64,000 nucleotides of DNA. Origin: Gemmatimonadaceae bacterium. Its GTDB lineage: Bacteria; Gemmatimonadota; Gemmatimonadetes; Gemmatimonadales; Gemmatimonadaceae. The notes under the pieces are model-generated. The model saw nothing but the letters and a program-made list of their open reading frames with translations, made no database searches and was not told the DNA's origin. The DNA lies in NCBI GenBank assembly GCA_045803545.1, contig JBJMOW010000004.1:768001-832000 (forward strand), in the 5' to 3' direction. Of the stretch, positions 8,247 to 17,321 are shown piece by piece (position 1 is the first letter of the stretch; every line of letters starts with the position of its first letter). Both the position numbers and the translations under genes were made by a program.

Positions 8247-9170
8247 ATGACCAGGCAGACCATTGCAGTCATCGGCGGTACCGGCGCGCAGGGTGGCGGT
8301 GTCGTCGACGCGTTGCTGGCCACCGGCCAATTCACAGTTCGCGTCGTCAGCCGTAATCCTGCGAGCAAGTCGGCTGAAGCGCTCGAGAAGCGCGGCGTTC
8401 AGGTGGTGAAAGGCGATTTGCTCGAGCCGAGCAGTCTGCGCGCTGCGTTCGAAGGAGCTTACGGAGCGTTCGTCGTCACCAATTTCTGGGACCCGGCGCA
8501 GATGCCGAGGGAAACCGAGATCGGCATCGCGGCAGTGAAGGAAGCGCGCGCGGCTGGTATCCAACACATCATCTGGTCGACGCTTCCCGATGCAGAAAAA
8601 CTGACAGGTGGGCGGCTCGAGCTTCCGCACTTCACGGGTAAGGCACGCGTCGACGCCGCGGTCGAGGCCGCGGGATTTCCGCGCCATACGTTCGTGCAGG
8701 CGCCGTTCTACTTTCAGAATTTCCTGGGGCTGCTTGCGCCACAGCCGTTGCCGAATGGTGGACGCGGCTGGGCGGTCCCCATCGAACCCGCGGCGCGGGT
8801 GATCCACGGCGGTGACATCAACGATCTCGGACGGGCCGTTGCAGCGGCTTTCGCAGCCGGCGACAAGCTTGCCAACGGGAGCTATCTCGCCGTGTGCGGC
8901 GGAACGTACTCGTGGAAGGACTTCGTCGGCACGCTGAACGCTCAGGGCCACGACCTTCAGGTGCAGCAGGTGGCCGCCGATCTCTACGACACGTTCTTCC
9001 CGGGTGCGCCCGAAATACGGGAGACGTTTCAGTACTTCGAGCAGTGCACCTACTTCGGCCCGAAGAGCGAATCGCGGATCGCCGCGGCGAACGCGTTGTA
9101 CCCCGCAGGGTTCATCGGCTTTTCGGATTGGGCGGCGCGCAACCTGGCGCCTGAATACGCCAAAACTTGA
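8247..9170 (+). CDS. NmrA/HSCARG-family NAD(P)-binding protein
   Basis: VIGGTGAQGGGV, GAYGAFVVTNFW, PHFTGK. Confidence 0.92.
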   Translation: MTRQTIAVIGGTGAQGGGVVDALLATGQFTVRVVSRNPASKSAEALEKRGVQVVKGDLLEPSSLRAAFEGAYGAFVVTNFWDPAQMPRETEIGIAAVKEARAAGIQHIIWSTLPDAEKLTGGRLELPHFTGKARVDAAVEAAGFPRHTFVQAPFYFQNFLGLLAPQPLPNGGRGWAVPIEPAARVIHGGDINDLGRAVAAAFAAGDKLANGSYLAVCGGTYSWKDFVGTLNAQGHDLQVQQVAADLYDTFFPGAPEIRETFQYFEQCTYFGPKSESRIAAANALYPAGFIGFSDWAARNLAPEYAKT

Positions 9171-9197
9171 CCTCATAAACTGGAAAGGAGACCACAG

Positions 9198-9683
9198 ATG
9201 CTTAACAGACTTTTTGCCACCGACGACAGTGTTTCGGTAGCCGCTTTACGGGTGGTGTTGGGAATTGTTTTCTTCGCGCATGGCGCTCAGAAAATGTTGG
9301 GTTGGTTCGGAGGTTTCGGCTTCTCCGGAACGATGGGTTTCTTCACGGGGACCATGCACATCGCGGCACCGCTCGCCGTGCTGGCGATTGTGGCGGAGTT
9401 CTTTGGCTCGCTGGGACTGATCCTGGGATTTCTCACCCGAATCGCTGCCCTCGGCATCGCCACGAATATGATCGTTGCGATTTTTCTGGTGCACAGAGCC
9501 TTCGGCTTTTTCATCAATTGGACCGGGATGCAAAAAGGGGAGGGTTACGAGTTTCACCTGCTGGTGCTGGCAATCGCAGGATTTCTGGTGGTCCGTGGAG
9601 CGGGCGCGTTTTCTGTCGATGGTGCGATAGCAAAGGCATTGGCTTCACCGTCGCGACAGCCACGTCTCGCCACCCAGCACTAG
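9198..9683 (+). CDS. DoxX-family membrane protein
   Basis: LRVVLGIVFFAHGAQKMLGWFGG, GEGYEFHLL, GAGAFSVD. Confidence 0.92.
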   Translation: MLNRLFATDDSVSVAALRVVLGIVFFAHGAQKMLGWFGGFGFSGTMGFFTGTMHIAAPLAVLAIVAEFFGSLGLILGFLTRIAALGIATNMIVAIFLVHRAFGFFINWTGMQKGEGYEFHLLVLAIAGFLVVRGAGAFSVDGAIAKALASPSRQPRLATQH

Positions 9684-9688
9684 AAAAC

Positions 9689-10819
9689 ATGGAAGTCGAC
9701 AAGACGGCCGCGAAGAAAATTCGCGTCGGCATCATCGGCGCGAATCCGGATCGCGGCTGGGCGGCGCAGGCGCACATCCCTGCGCTGAGATCTCTCGCGG
9801 ATGATTTCGAGATTTCGGCGCTGTCCACCAGCCGGCGTGCATCTGCGGACGCCGCCGGCAACCGCTTCGGTGTAGCTCTCGCGTTCGACAATCATCATGA
9901 TCTCGTGAACAGTGCTGACGTCGATGTCGTCGCCATCACGGTGAAGGTGCCGCATCACTTCGAGCTGGCGACCGCAGCACTGCAGGCGGGCAAAGCAGTG
10001 TATTGCGAGTGGCCACTCGGCAACGGTCTGAAGGAGGCGGAGAGTCTGGCCGCTTTGGCGAAGAAAAAAGGAGTACTGGCCGTGGCCGGCCTGCAGGCAC
10101 GCGCTGCGCCGCCGGTCGCTTATGTGCGCGACCTGATCGAGCAGGGGTACGTCGGTGAGGTGCTCTCAACCACGCTGATCGGTTCCGGAATGGGCTGGGG
10201 GCCGACAGTCGAAGGTTACAACGAGTATGTCAACGATAAGAAAAACGGTGCGACCATGCTCTCGATTGCCGTCGGTCACGCGACGGACGCGCTATGCTAC
10301 TGCCTCGGTGAGATCCGACAACTCTCGGCGACCATGACCACTCGCAGAGAGTATTACACCGTCACCGGGTCGAGCGAAAAAAAGCCCATGGGGGCGGCGG
10401 ATCAGGTGGGCGTCAGCGGACTGCTCGAGAGCGGAACCGCATTCTCGATCCACTATCGCGGCGGCCGTTCGCGGGGCACCAACCTGCTGTGGGAAATCAA
10501 CGGCACCAACGGCGATCTTCAGCTGACGGCCGACGGCGGGCAAGCGCAGATCTATGACTTGACCGTTCGCGGCGGCAACGATGCGCAGTCTTCGCTCGAG
10601 ACACTGCCCGTGCCGCAGCAGTACCGATTGTCGCCAGTGCAAGGTCCCGCCCTGAATGTCGCCCAGGCGTACGCCCATTTCGCGCGCGACTACCGCGAGG
10701 GAACGCATCTCTGCCCGACTTTCGACGACGCGGTCACTCGGCATCTGATGCTGGATGCGATCGAGACCGCAGCGGCGACCGGTCAGCGTCAGCAGCTCAA
10801 TATTCGCCGGCAGCCTTGA
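9689..10819 (+). CDS. Gfo/Idh/MocA-family oxidoreductase
   Basis: IRVGIIGAN, AHIPAL, DVDVVAI, GKAVYCEWPLG. Confidence 0.92.
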   Translation: MEVDKTAAKKIRVGIIGANPDRGWAAQAHIPALRSLADDFEISALSTSRRASADAAGNRFGVALAFDNHHDLVNSADVDVVAITVKVPHHFELATAALQAGKAVYCEWPLGNGLKEAESLAALAKKKGVLAVAGLQARAAPPVAYVRDLIEQGYVGEVLSTTLIGSGMGWGPTVEGYNEYVNDKKNGATMLSIAVGHATDALCYCLGEIRQLSATMTTRREYYTVTGSSEKKPMGAADQVGVSGLLESGTAFSIHYRGGRSRGTNLLWEINGTNGDLQLTADGGQAQIYDLTVRGGNDAQSSLETLPVPQQYRLSPVQGPALNVAQAYAHFARDYREGTHLCPTFDDAVTRHLMLDAIETAAATGQRQQLNIRRQP

Positions 10820-11113
10820 TACGGTCTGTAGCCTGAACGTGGGTGACCTTTGGATACGCTCTACCAGGGCCGGGCACGGCGGTCCACAGCAGAAGATCCG
10901 AAACCGAATACACCGTGTTGGGCCCGACCTATAAAGAGAACGGCAAGCTGGTGACTGAACACCACGGTTGTCACAAGATGAACGTGTAGAGCGAGGATCC
11001 AGGACAAAGGCGGACCCGCCGGATCGAGGATCGATCGTTGCTAGACATACCTGTGAGAGAAAAGCAGATTGCTACGCGAATCGACGTTCTGACAGGACAC
11101 TTCGGTGCGCTCA

Positions 11114-11818
11114 ATGAGTCAACCCGCCAGCTACGAGAGATCCATTCTCGCCCTTGTGGCCAGCGTCGCGTGCACCTCGCAGCCGCGGTCCGCGCCCGAA
11201 CCCGAACCCGTACCGATGAACGTCGCGGCTGTCGGCGTTCCCGGCGGTTGCGCTGCGCCCGCCGCTGAACACACGGGTGATGCCGGCTGCTATCTGATAG
11301 CGGTCGAGCCGCTGACTGCCGACGCGAGTCACCCAATTTATTGGTATCTGCACACATTCCCGAGTCGGACAGCGGCAGAAAACGCGCAGCCCCTTCGTGG
11401 AACGATTGTCGAGTCCTTCGGCAAAGTGTGGCTGTTGACGATGGCGCAGGATACCTGGCGTCCGCCGTCGGGGGAATTTGTCGCGCGCGTCGGCCCGATC
11501 CCACTGACGGCCGGAAAGTCGTATACGGTTCGGTATATGGAGGCCACGTTCAACCCGGGGATGCATACCGCTCCGCATCGTCACCCGGGACCCGAAGCCT
11601 GGTTTCTGTTGACGGGCGCGCAGTGCCTGGAGACTCCCGATGGAGTCACCGTTGTGCGCGCTGGTCAGAGTGCAATTGTACGGGAGGGTCCGCCGATGCT
11701 GCTGAGCGGCGTAGGAACCAAGGTGCGCCGCGCGCTCGTGCTGGTGGTGCACGATTCTTCACTGCCGTGGACGGCGCCGGCGCACGACTGGAATGCCAAA
11801 GGACTGTGCTCTAGCTAG
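11114..11818 (+). CDS. Cupin-domain lipoprotein
   Basis: Lipobox SVAC; HRHPGPEAW cupin motif. Confidence 0.8.
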   Translation: MSQPASYERSILALVASVACTSQPRSAPEPEPVPMNVAAVGVPGGCAAPAAEHTGDAGCYLIAVEPLTADASHPIYWYLHTFPSRTAAENAQPLRGTIVESFGKVWLLTMAQDTWRPPSGEFVARVGPIPLTAGKSYTVRYMEATFNPGMHTAPHRHPGPEAWFLLTGAQCLETPDGVTVVRAGQSAIVREGPPMLLSGVGTKVRRALVLVVHDSSLPWTAPAHDWNAKGLCSS

Positions 11819-11877
11819 CCGCGGCTTCCCGAAATCCTGGTTCGCGACCACATTGTTCGTTCTCTCCTGAGTTCGAA

Positions 11878-12792
11878 TCAACGGAACTCTTCTGCGGCGA
11901 TCGGCACATTTATGCTGTAGCTGGTGACCCTCGCGACAGTAACCTGCCGTTTCGATCCATCCGACAGCATCTCGGTTACGCGCCACCCCTCAGGAATCCA
12001 GCCCCAGCGCGGGTCGTGAGTGTAATCGATGACGATGTCCGTCATCGTTTTCTGCTCGAAGGCAACCAGATATCGGCTGACGAGGAACCCGCGCTCCGGC
12101 TCGAGCCAGAGGATCGTCTTCCAGCCCGACGGATCGTGTCGCTCCTCGAGCAGGAAGATCGATCTCCCTCTATAGAATTGACGTCTCTCGTTGGTGACTG
12201 CGCGATCGATCAGGAGGTGCCCCATCGCCGGATCGAGTGGACGGAACGCCATCAGGATCGGTCGGACATCCAGATTCTGCGCGTCGATGTTTGCCGCCGT
12301 TTGCAGCGCAGTTCCTGGCGGGTGATCGAGGAAAGAGGTGATGCGAGTCCGTCCAATCTGACCGTCGAAGACGCTTACGTACGAGTAGTGACGTCGGACT
12401 CCGAGGCCGCGATTGTCGCCTTGCCGGGCAACGACGTCGACACCGTCGGGCTCTTCTCTGCGATCGAGCACGAAGCTGTACCGCATCCGGTCGCCGGAGA
12501 CGGCGAGGTTTTTTTCGACATTGTAACGCCGATCGATCAGCAGGTCTGGTTTGGCCAAGCGCTCACGTTCGGGGTAGCGCGGGTTCGCGAGCCAGCCTTT
12601 GGGATGGATTTGTTCTTCGGTCCAGGCGAAGCGAAAAGAATTCAACCCGCTCTGCCGTTTCTGCCACGCGGCGATGATCTCTGATTTGGTGGGAACCGAC
12701 TTGCTCGGGTCCGGCGGCAGCGATCGAGATTCGCTCTGCGCCAGTAGGAGCGCCGGCATTCCGAAAGCGAGGAGTGTCGCGTATCTGATCAT
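11878..12792 (-). CDS. Hypothetical exported protein
   Basis: Signal peptide MIRYATLLAFG; beta-rich body; no motif recognised. Confidence 0.7.
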   Translation of the reverse strand: MIRYATLLAFGMPALLLAQSESRSLPPDPSKSVPTKSEIIAAWQKRQSGLNSFRFAWTEEQIHPKGWLANPRYPERERLAKPDLLIDRRYNVEKNLAVSGDRMRYSFVLDRREEPDGVDVVARQGDNRGLGVRRHYSYVSVFDGQIGRTRITSFLDHPPGTALQTAANIDAQNLDVRPILMAFRPLDPAMGHLLIDRAVTNERRQFYRGRSIFLLEERHDPSGWKTILWLEPERGFLVSRYLVAFEQKTMTDIVIDYTHDPRWGWIPEGWRVTEMLSDGSKRQVTVARVTSYSINVPIAAEEFR

Positions 12793-12845
12793 ATTAGGAG
12801 CACGGAATCTGCCGATGCCGCCGGCAAGCGCTTGGATGTACCCGG

Positions 12846-13337
12846 CTACGGCCGAGCCGTCGTCAGCGCCGTTGCGGCTTTCAGGTCGGTGTTGTGATAT
12901 GCGACGACTTTCCATACACCACGATCTTTGGCAACAACCTGCAACAGTCGCGTATGGAACGCGCCTTTCTCATCTTTTGCGACCCCCGGCGGAGCCTGCG
13001 TGCTCGTGACGCTGGTGAGGGTTTCGACGACGGCGACGTCGGGGCGGATGAATCTCAGAGAAACGACATCCTGCGTCAGCGCGCTGTTCTTGAATATCCC
13101 GTCGAAGATTACCTGATGCTGTTTGAGAAAGGCGTCATAACCTTCGAAGTACTGGCCGCGGATGTTGGTGAAGGTTCCCGTGCGCGCGAAATCTCGCGAG
13201 TATCCGACGGCGTCGCCTTTATTCCAGCTCGCGGTCTCATTGTCGACGATTCTGCGAATCGCTGCCCTGTCTGAGGTCCGCTGAGCGCCCAGTTGAGCGG
13301 CGAAGGCAGCTGAGAGGAGGATAATCCGCAACTTCAT
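12846..13337 (-). CDS. Exported SgcJ/EcaC-family (SnoaL-like, DUF4440) protein
   Basis: Signal peptide; SWNKGDA, LRFIRPDVAVV, WKVVAYHNT. Confidence 0.88.
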   Translation of the reverse strand: MKLRIILLSAAFAAQLGAQRTSDRAAIRRIVDNETASWNKGDAVGYSRDFARTGTFTNIRGQYFEGYDAFLKQHQVIFDGIFKNSALTQDVVSLRFIRPDVAVVETLTSVTSTQAPPGVAKDEKGAFHTRLLQVVAKDRGVWKVVAYHNTDLKAATALTTARP

Positions 13338-13438
13338 GGGAATCTCCAGTTTGTCGGTTTGCCAAAGTTAGGGCCAGTCGGGTTGAAAGTATTCACGAAG
13401 CCCCCCATGAGCGGAAGCTGAGCGTAACGTTGATTCCG

Positions 13439-15001
13439 TCAAGAACGTCCAGCGCGCGAGCGGCAGACAAAGTTGGCGGCGTCCTTGGTGTCGCCCTTAC
13501 CGGAGTAAACTGCACGTCCGGGATACGCGCAAAGCGGTCGGGATATTGTGATTTTGCCGGTACTGTCAGTTTTGGTTGCGGTCACCTGTGACGGCGCGAC
13601 TCCATTCTCCACCCAACGCGTGATGACGTCCAGCCACGGCACTTCACTCGGCGATGGGCCACCGCTGCAATGTTCAACGCTCGGCTCCATGAAAAGTCGA
13701 ACGTAGGCGGAAGCTTTGGGGTCACGCGCGCGCACCTTGTCGTAGTAGTCGACGGTTGCAAGCGGGTTCACTGCTGGATCCGCCCAGCCATGCCAGAGTA
13801 TCAGCCGTCCGTTGCGAGCAGCGAAACGCGAGAGATCCGGGTTGTCCGCATCGACGATCTCGCCCCACGACTTCGCATCGTCCATCAGCGATCCCCGATA
13901 GCGGCTGTAATCCCAGGTCGAATCGTTGAAGATGAAATACTTGCCAGCTTCGGTGGCGAATATTGCTTGTACGCTTGGTACATGCATATTCTCCTGAGCC
14001 CACGCGTCGGGACCCGTGATCCAGCTCGACCAACCTTCGGGGTCGTTCTCTCCGCCTATCGGTTGTCCGGCATAAATGATCTTGCCGCCGCGATCGGTAA
14101 CTGGCGTGTAAATCCGCGCAATCACTCGACGCTGCGCCCTTGTCAGACAATCAGGCGCGAGGTGATCCTGCGGGCATGCCTTCACGCTCCCGAGGTCGAA
14201 GTGGCAGTCTCGCGGATCGTCGATGATTCCGTCCGCGATACCGTCGAGCCTGTCGCACTTCTCGAGAACCTTTGCACCGACTAGTGCAAGGTTCTCTTTC
14301 GTGACGATTGGGTGCTGGAAATAGCTCGGGTCCGGAAACGCAGCCTGCGTATTCTTGAGGAATGAAGCGACGATCCGAGTCCAGTGCGCTGCGGGTGCGC
14401 CGCTAATGATACCGTCAAAATCTTCCGGGTAGCGCTGCGCTTCCATCAATCCCTGACGGCCGCCGTTGGAGCAGCCTTCGAAGTAGGAGTACCGCGCCTC
14501 CGATCCATAGAACGCTTTGGCCAAAGCTTTGCCGACGACGGCGGTGCGATGCACGCCGAGATAGCCGTAATCCCGTTGACGCTCCAGCTCGTTCAATGCC
14601 CACCGCGCCGTTGCTCCTGATGCCTGGTGGCCGGTATTGGTGCTAATGGTGAGATATCCACTCTTCGCGCTTGCGAGCATCTCCTCGTTGATGCTTCCGG
14701 CGAAGCCGCCGTTGCCGCCCATCAGCAGGCGCTGGTTCCAGTCGTTCGGCAGGATCGCGGTGAAGCCGATGCTCTTGCCGATTACTCCGGACACCCGGCA
14801 ATGCGGCGCGCGAACCTTATAGCTGTCGCCCACGGAGTCTCGGACATCGACGACTTCTGTGAGCCGCACCTCATCGAGCGTAACGCTTCTCAGATTCGCG
14901 CAAGCGTTTGACGCAGCCGTGAGATGAGGGAGCTGCTGCGCGGAAAGATTGATGGCCGAAAGTGTGAAACTGATCGTCATTGCCTGCAGACATACTCTCA
15001 T
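13439..15001 (-). CDS. Tannase/feruloyl esterase family alpha/beta hydrolase
   Basis: GNGGFAG, GCSNGGRQG, PEDFDGIISGAP, HGWADP, EHCSGG, RPLCAYP. Confidence 0.95.
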   Translation of the reverse strand: MRVCLQAMTISFTLSAINLSAQQLPHLTAASNACANLRSVTLDEVRLTEVVDVRDSVGDSYKVRAPHCRVSGVIGKSIGFTAILPNDWNQRLLMGGNGGFAGSINEEMLASAKSGYLTISTNTGHQASGATARWALNELERQRDYGYLGVHRTAVVGKALAKAFYGSEARYSYFEGCSNGGRQGLMEAQRYPEDFDGIISGAPAAHWTRIVASFLKNTQAAFPDPSYFQHPIVTKENLALVGAKVLEKCDRLDGIADGIIDDPRDCHFDLGSVKACPQDHLAPDCLTRAQRRVIARIYTPVTDRGGKIIYAGQPIGGENDPEGWSSWITGPDAWAQENMHVPSVQAIFATEAGKYFIFNDSTWDYSRYRGSLMDDAKSWGEIVDADNPDLSRFAARNGRLILWHGWADPAVNPLATVDYYDKVRARDPKASAYVRLFMEPSVEHCSGGPSPSEVPWLDVITRWVENGVAPSQVTATKTDSTGKITISRPLCAYPGRAVYSGKGDTKDAANFVCRSRAGRS

Positions 15002-15035
15002 CGCGCCTCCCGGCTGCAGAATTCGCTCGCGATCG

Positions 15036-17153
15036 CTACCCGCCCGTTGTGCCCGTCGGCGACGGCCCATTGATCCACCGCGCCAGCCACTCGCGCACCT
15101 GGCTATAGAAGAACCTGCTGTCCTCCGGATTGAGAATCCAGTGATTCTCGTTCGGCCAGATGATCAACTTGCTCGGCACTTTCTGTCGCTGAAGCGCGGT
15201 CCAGAATTCCAAAGCGTTATTCATGGGGACTCTGAAATCCCGCTCGCCCACCGACACGAGTACCGGCGTCTTGAGATTCGCCGCCAGTCTCATCGGCGAT
15301 TGCACACGCCAGAGTGAGACCGTGTCCCACGGCGGACCGCCGATGTTGCGCTCGCGATCGTAGTTGTAATCGCTCGTCGCCCACTGCGTCTCGAGATCCC
15401 ATTCCCCGGCGTGACTGACGAGCGCGCGGTAGCGAGTGGTCGTGACCGCCAGCCAGTTCGTCAGATGTCCACCGTACGACGCGCCGCCCGCGACCTGCTT
15501 CGATGCGTCGATGAACGGATACTGTTTGATCGCTGCGTCGGCTGCTTCGTTGAGATCGTTCGCCGGACCCTTGAGCGGATCGAACTGGATGTCCTGCGAG
15601 AATTTCTCGCCGTAGCCGGTCGATCCTCGGTAGTCAGTCATCAACACCACATAACCCGGCGCGCCGAGCAGGTGCGGATTCCAGCGCAGGCCAAAGTTGT
15701 CGGTCCACATGTTGGCGGCGCCGCCGTGAATGAGAACGAACAGCGGATACTTCTTTGTCGAATCGAAGTTGGGCGGCAACGCCATGAAGCTGTGGATCTT
15801 CTCGCCGCGACTGTTGGTGAACCAGAATTCGCGCAGCGGCTGCCAGTCGATTTGCGCGACGCGGTCGTCGGTGAAGTGCGTGAGCGCCGCCCACTTGCCG
15901 GTGTTGAGGTCGATGCGACCGACCTCAGGCGGATGCACCGCGCTCTGCCAGTTCGCCACTACTATAGTATTGGTCGTTCCACCGACGCTGAGCCCGCCGT
16001 ACGCTCCAGCTTTCATGGTGCCGACTTCGCGCGTCTCGCCGCCATTCGCCGGGACGCGGTACAGCTTCACGAATCCCTGGTTCTCGGCGGTGAAGAAAAT
16101 CGTCTTGCTGTCGGGGCTGATCTCGAAATCTCCGACGGATAGATCGGGACCACCGGCGACGATTTTGTAGTCGTTCCCCATCTGCCCGAGCGTCCACTTC
16201 ACGATGCGAGTGTTGTGGAACGTCTTGCTGTCAGTGGGCTGCATGGGCGCGTACAACGACTTGCCGTCGGGACTGATTTTCGGCGAGCCGTAGTCTGCAT
16301 TGTCAGTCGTGATTTTCGGTAGCTCACCGCCGGACGCGGTCACTCCATAGAGCGCAGTCACGACATCCTTGTACGTCCACTCGTTGCGATTGGTGGTCGC
16401 GGCGAAGACGACGGCGTTGCCGTCCGGCGTCCACGCCGCGCTGATTGATTCACCAGCGTTGCCGAGCTGTCCACCGAAGCCGGCGTTCTTGACGAGCTGA
16501 GTGCCGGCGAGGATGTCGCGCGCCGGTCCGCTCGGATCGAGCGGCTGAATCCACAGACTCGCTTTGCGCTCGTCGAGCCAGTGATCCCAGATGCGGATCG
16601 GCGAGCTCTCAAACACGCGCGCGTTGTATTTGCGCCCACGTCGCTCGCCGACAGCCATGCGATTCGCCGAGTCGGTGAGCGCGCCCGGGTACGTCATGGT
16701 GCTGAAGAGGATCGCGCGTCCGTCGGGTCGCCAGTGCGGCGACGACGCGCCGGTCGAGACGCTGGTGACGCGCGCCGCCTCGCCGCCCTCGGCGATGTTC
16801 ATGACGTAGATCTGCGACGTCGAATCATCTTCGCGCCGCGCCGAGAATGCGATCCTGCGTCCGTCCGGACTCCACTCGACGCCGCTCTCGCCGCCTTTGG
16901 TGTTAGTGAGCTTTCTCGGTTGTGAGGAGCCGTCGGTGAGGACGATCCAGAGATCGCTGACGGTTTTCGACTCGTCGTAGGATGGTTCGGTGACGGAGAA
17001 GACTGTCCATTTGCCGTCGGGGCTCACGACTGGCGCTCCGACGCGCTTCATCATCCAGACGTCTTCGTGGGTGATGGTGTGGCGGGCCGACGGAAGCTGC
17101 GACGATGCAGCACGAGAACTCAGGACAAGTAGAATCGCAACACCAACTTTCAT
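15036..17153 (-). CDS. S9 family (prolyl oligopeptidase/acylaminoacyl) peptidase
   Basis: SPDG propeller repeats; IHGG, GASYGG, DFRVP, ENHW catalytic motifs. Confidence 0.95.
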   Translation of the reverse strand: MKVGVAILLVLSSRAASSQLPSARHTITHEDVWMMKRVGAPVVSPDGKWTVFSVTEPSYDESKTVSDLWIVLTDGSSQPRKLTNTKGGESGVEWSPDGRRIAFSARREDDSTSQIYVMNIAEGGEAARVTSVSTGASSPHWRPDGRAILFSTMTYPGALTDSANRMAVGERRGRKYNARVFESSPIRIWDHWLDERKASLWIQPLDPSGPARDILAGTQLVKNAGFGGQLGNAGESISAAWTPDGNAVVFAATTNRNEWTYKDVVTALYGVTASGGELPKITTDNADYGSPKISPDGKSLYAPMQPTDSKTFHNTRIVKWTLGQMGNDYKIVAGGPDLSVGDFEISPDSKTIFFTAENQGFVKLYRVPANGGETREVGTMKAGAYGGLSVGGTTNTIVVANWQSAVHPPEVGRIDLNTGKWAALTHFTDDRVAQIDWQPLREFWFTNSRGEKIHSFMALPPNFDSTKKYPLFVLIHGGAANMWTDNFGLRWNPHLLGAPGYVVLMTDYRGSTGYGEKFSQDIQFDPLKGPANDLNEAADAAIKQYPFIDASKQVAGGASYGGHLTNWLAVTTTRYRALVSHAGEWDLETQWATSDYNYDRERNIGGPPWDTVSLWRVQSPMRLAANLKTPVLVSVGERDFRVPMNNALEFWTALQRQKVPSKLIIWPNENHWILNPEDSRFFYSQVREWLARWINGPSPTGTTGG

Positions 17154-17321
17154 TGTGCCTCTCCCGAGCTGCGGTTGAGCGACGCGCGATTCGTACCACG
17201 TGAGTTGCGCTATGAAGACTCGGTATTTCTCGGCGATATCGTTGATTCTCTTGTACGAACCCTGCTTATCTCTTTCGATGACGTCCGCGCGCGCCGCCGA
17301 ATCACGATGGAGGCACTTTTT

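Noticed and set aside
9302..9688. ORF-track N-terminal extensions (also 32158-32796, 48871-49509, 31189-31401)
   Set aside because: They overlap real upstream genes in other frames; internal starts match the family N-termini, so these are not fusions.
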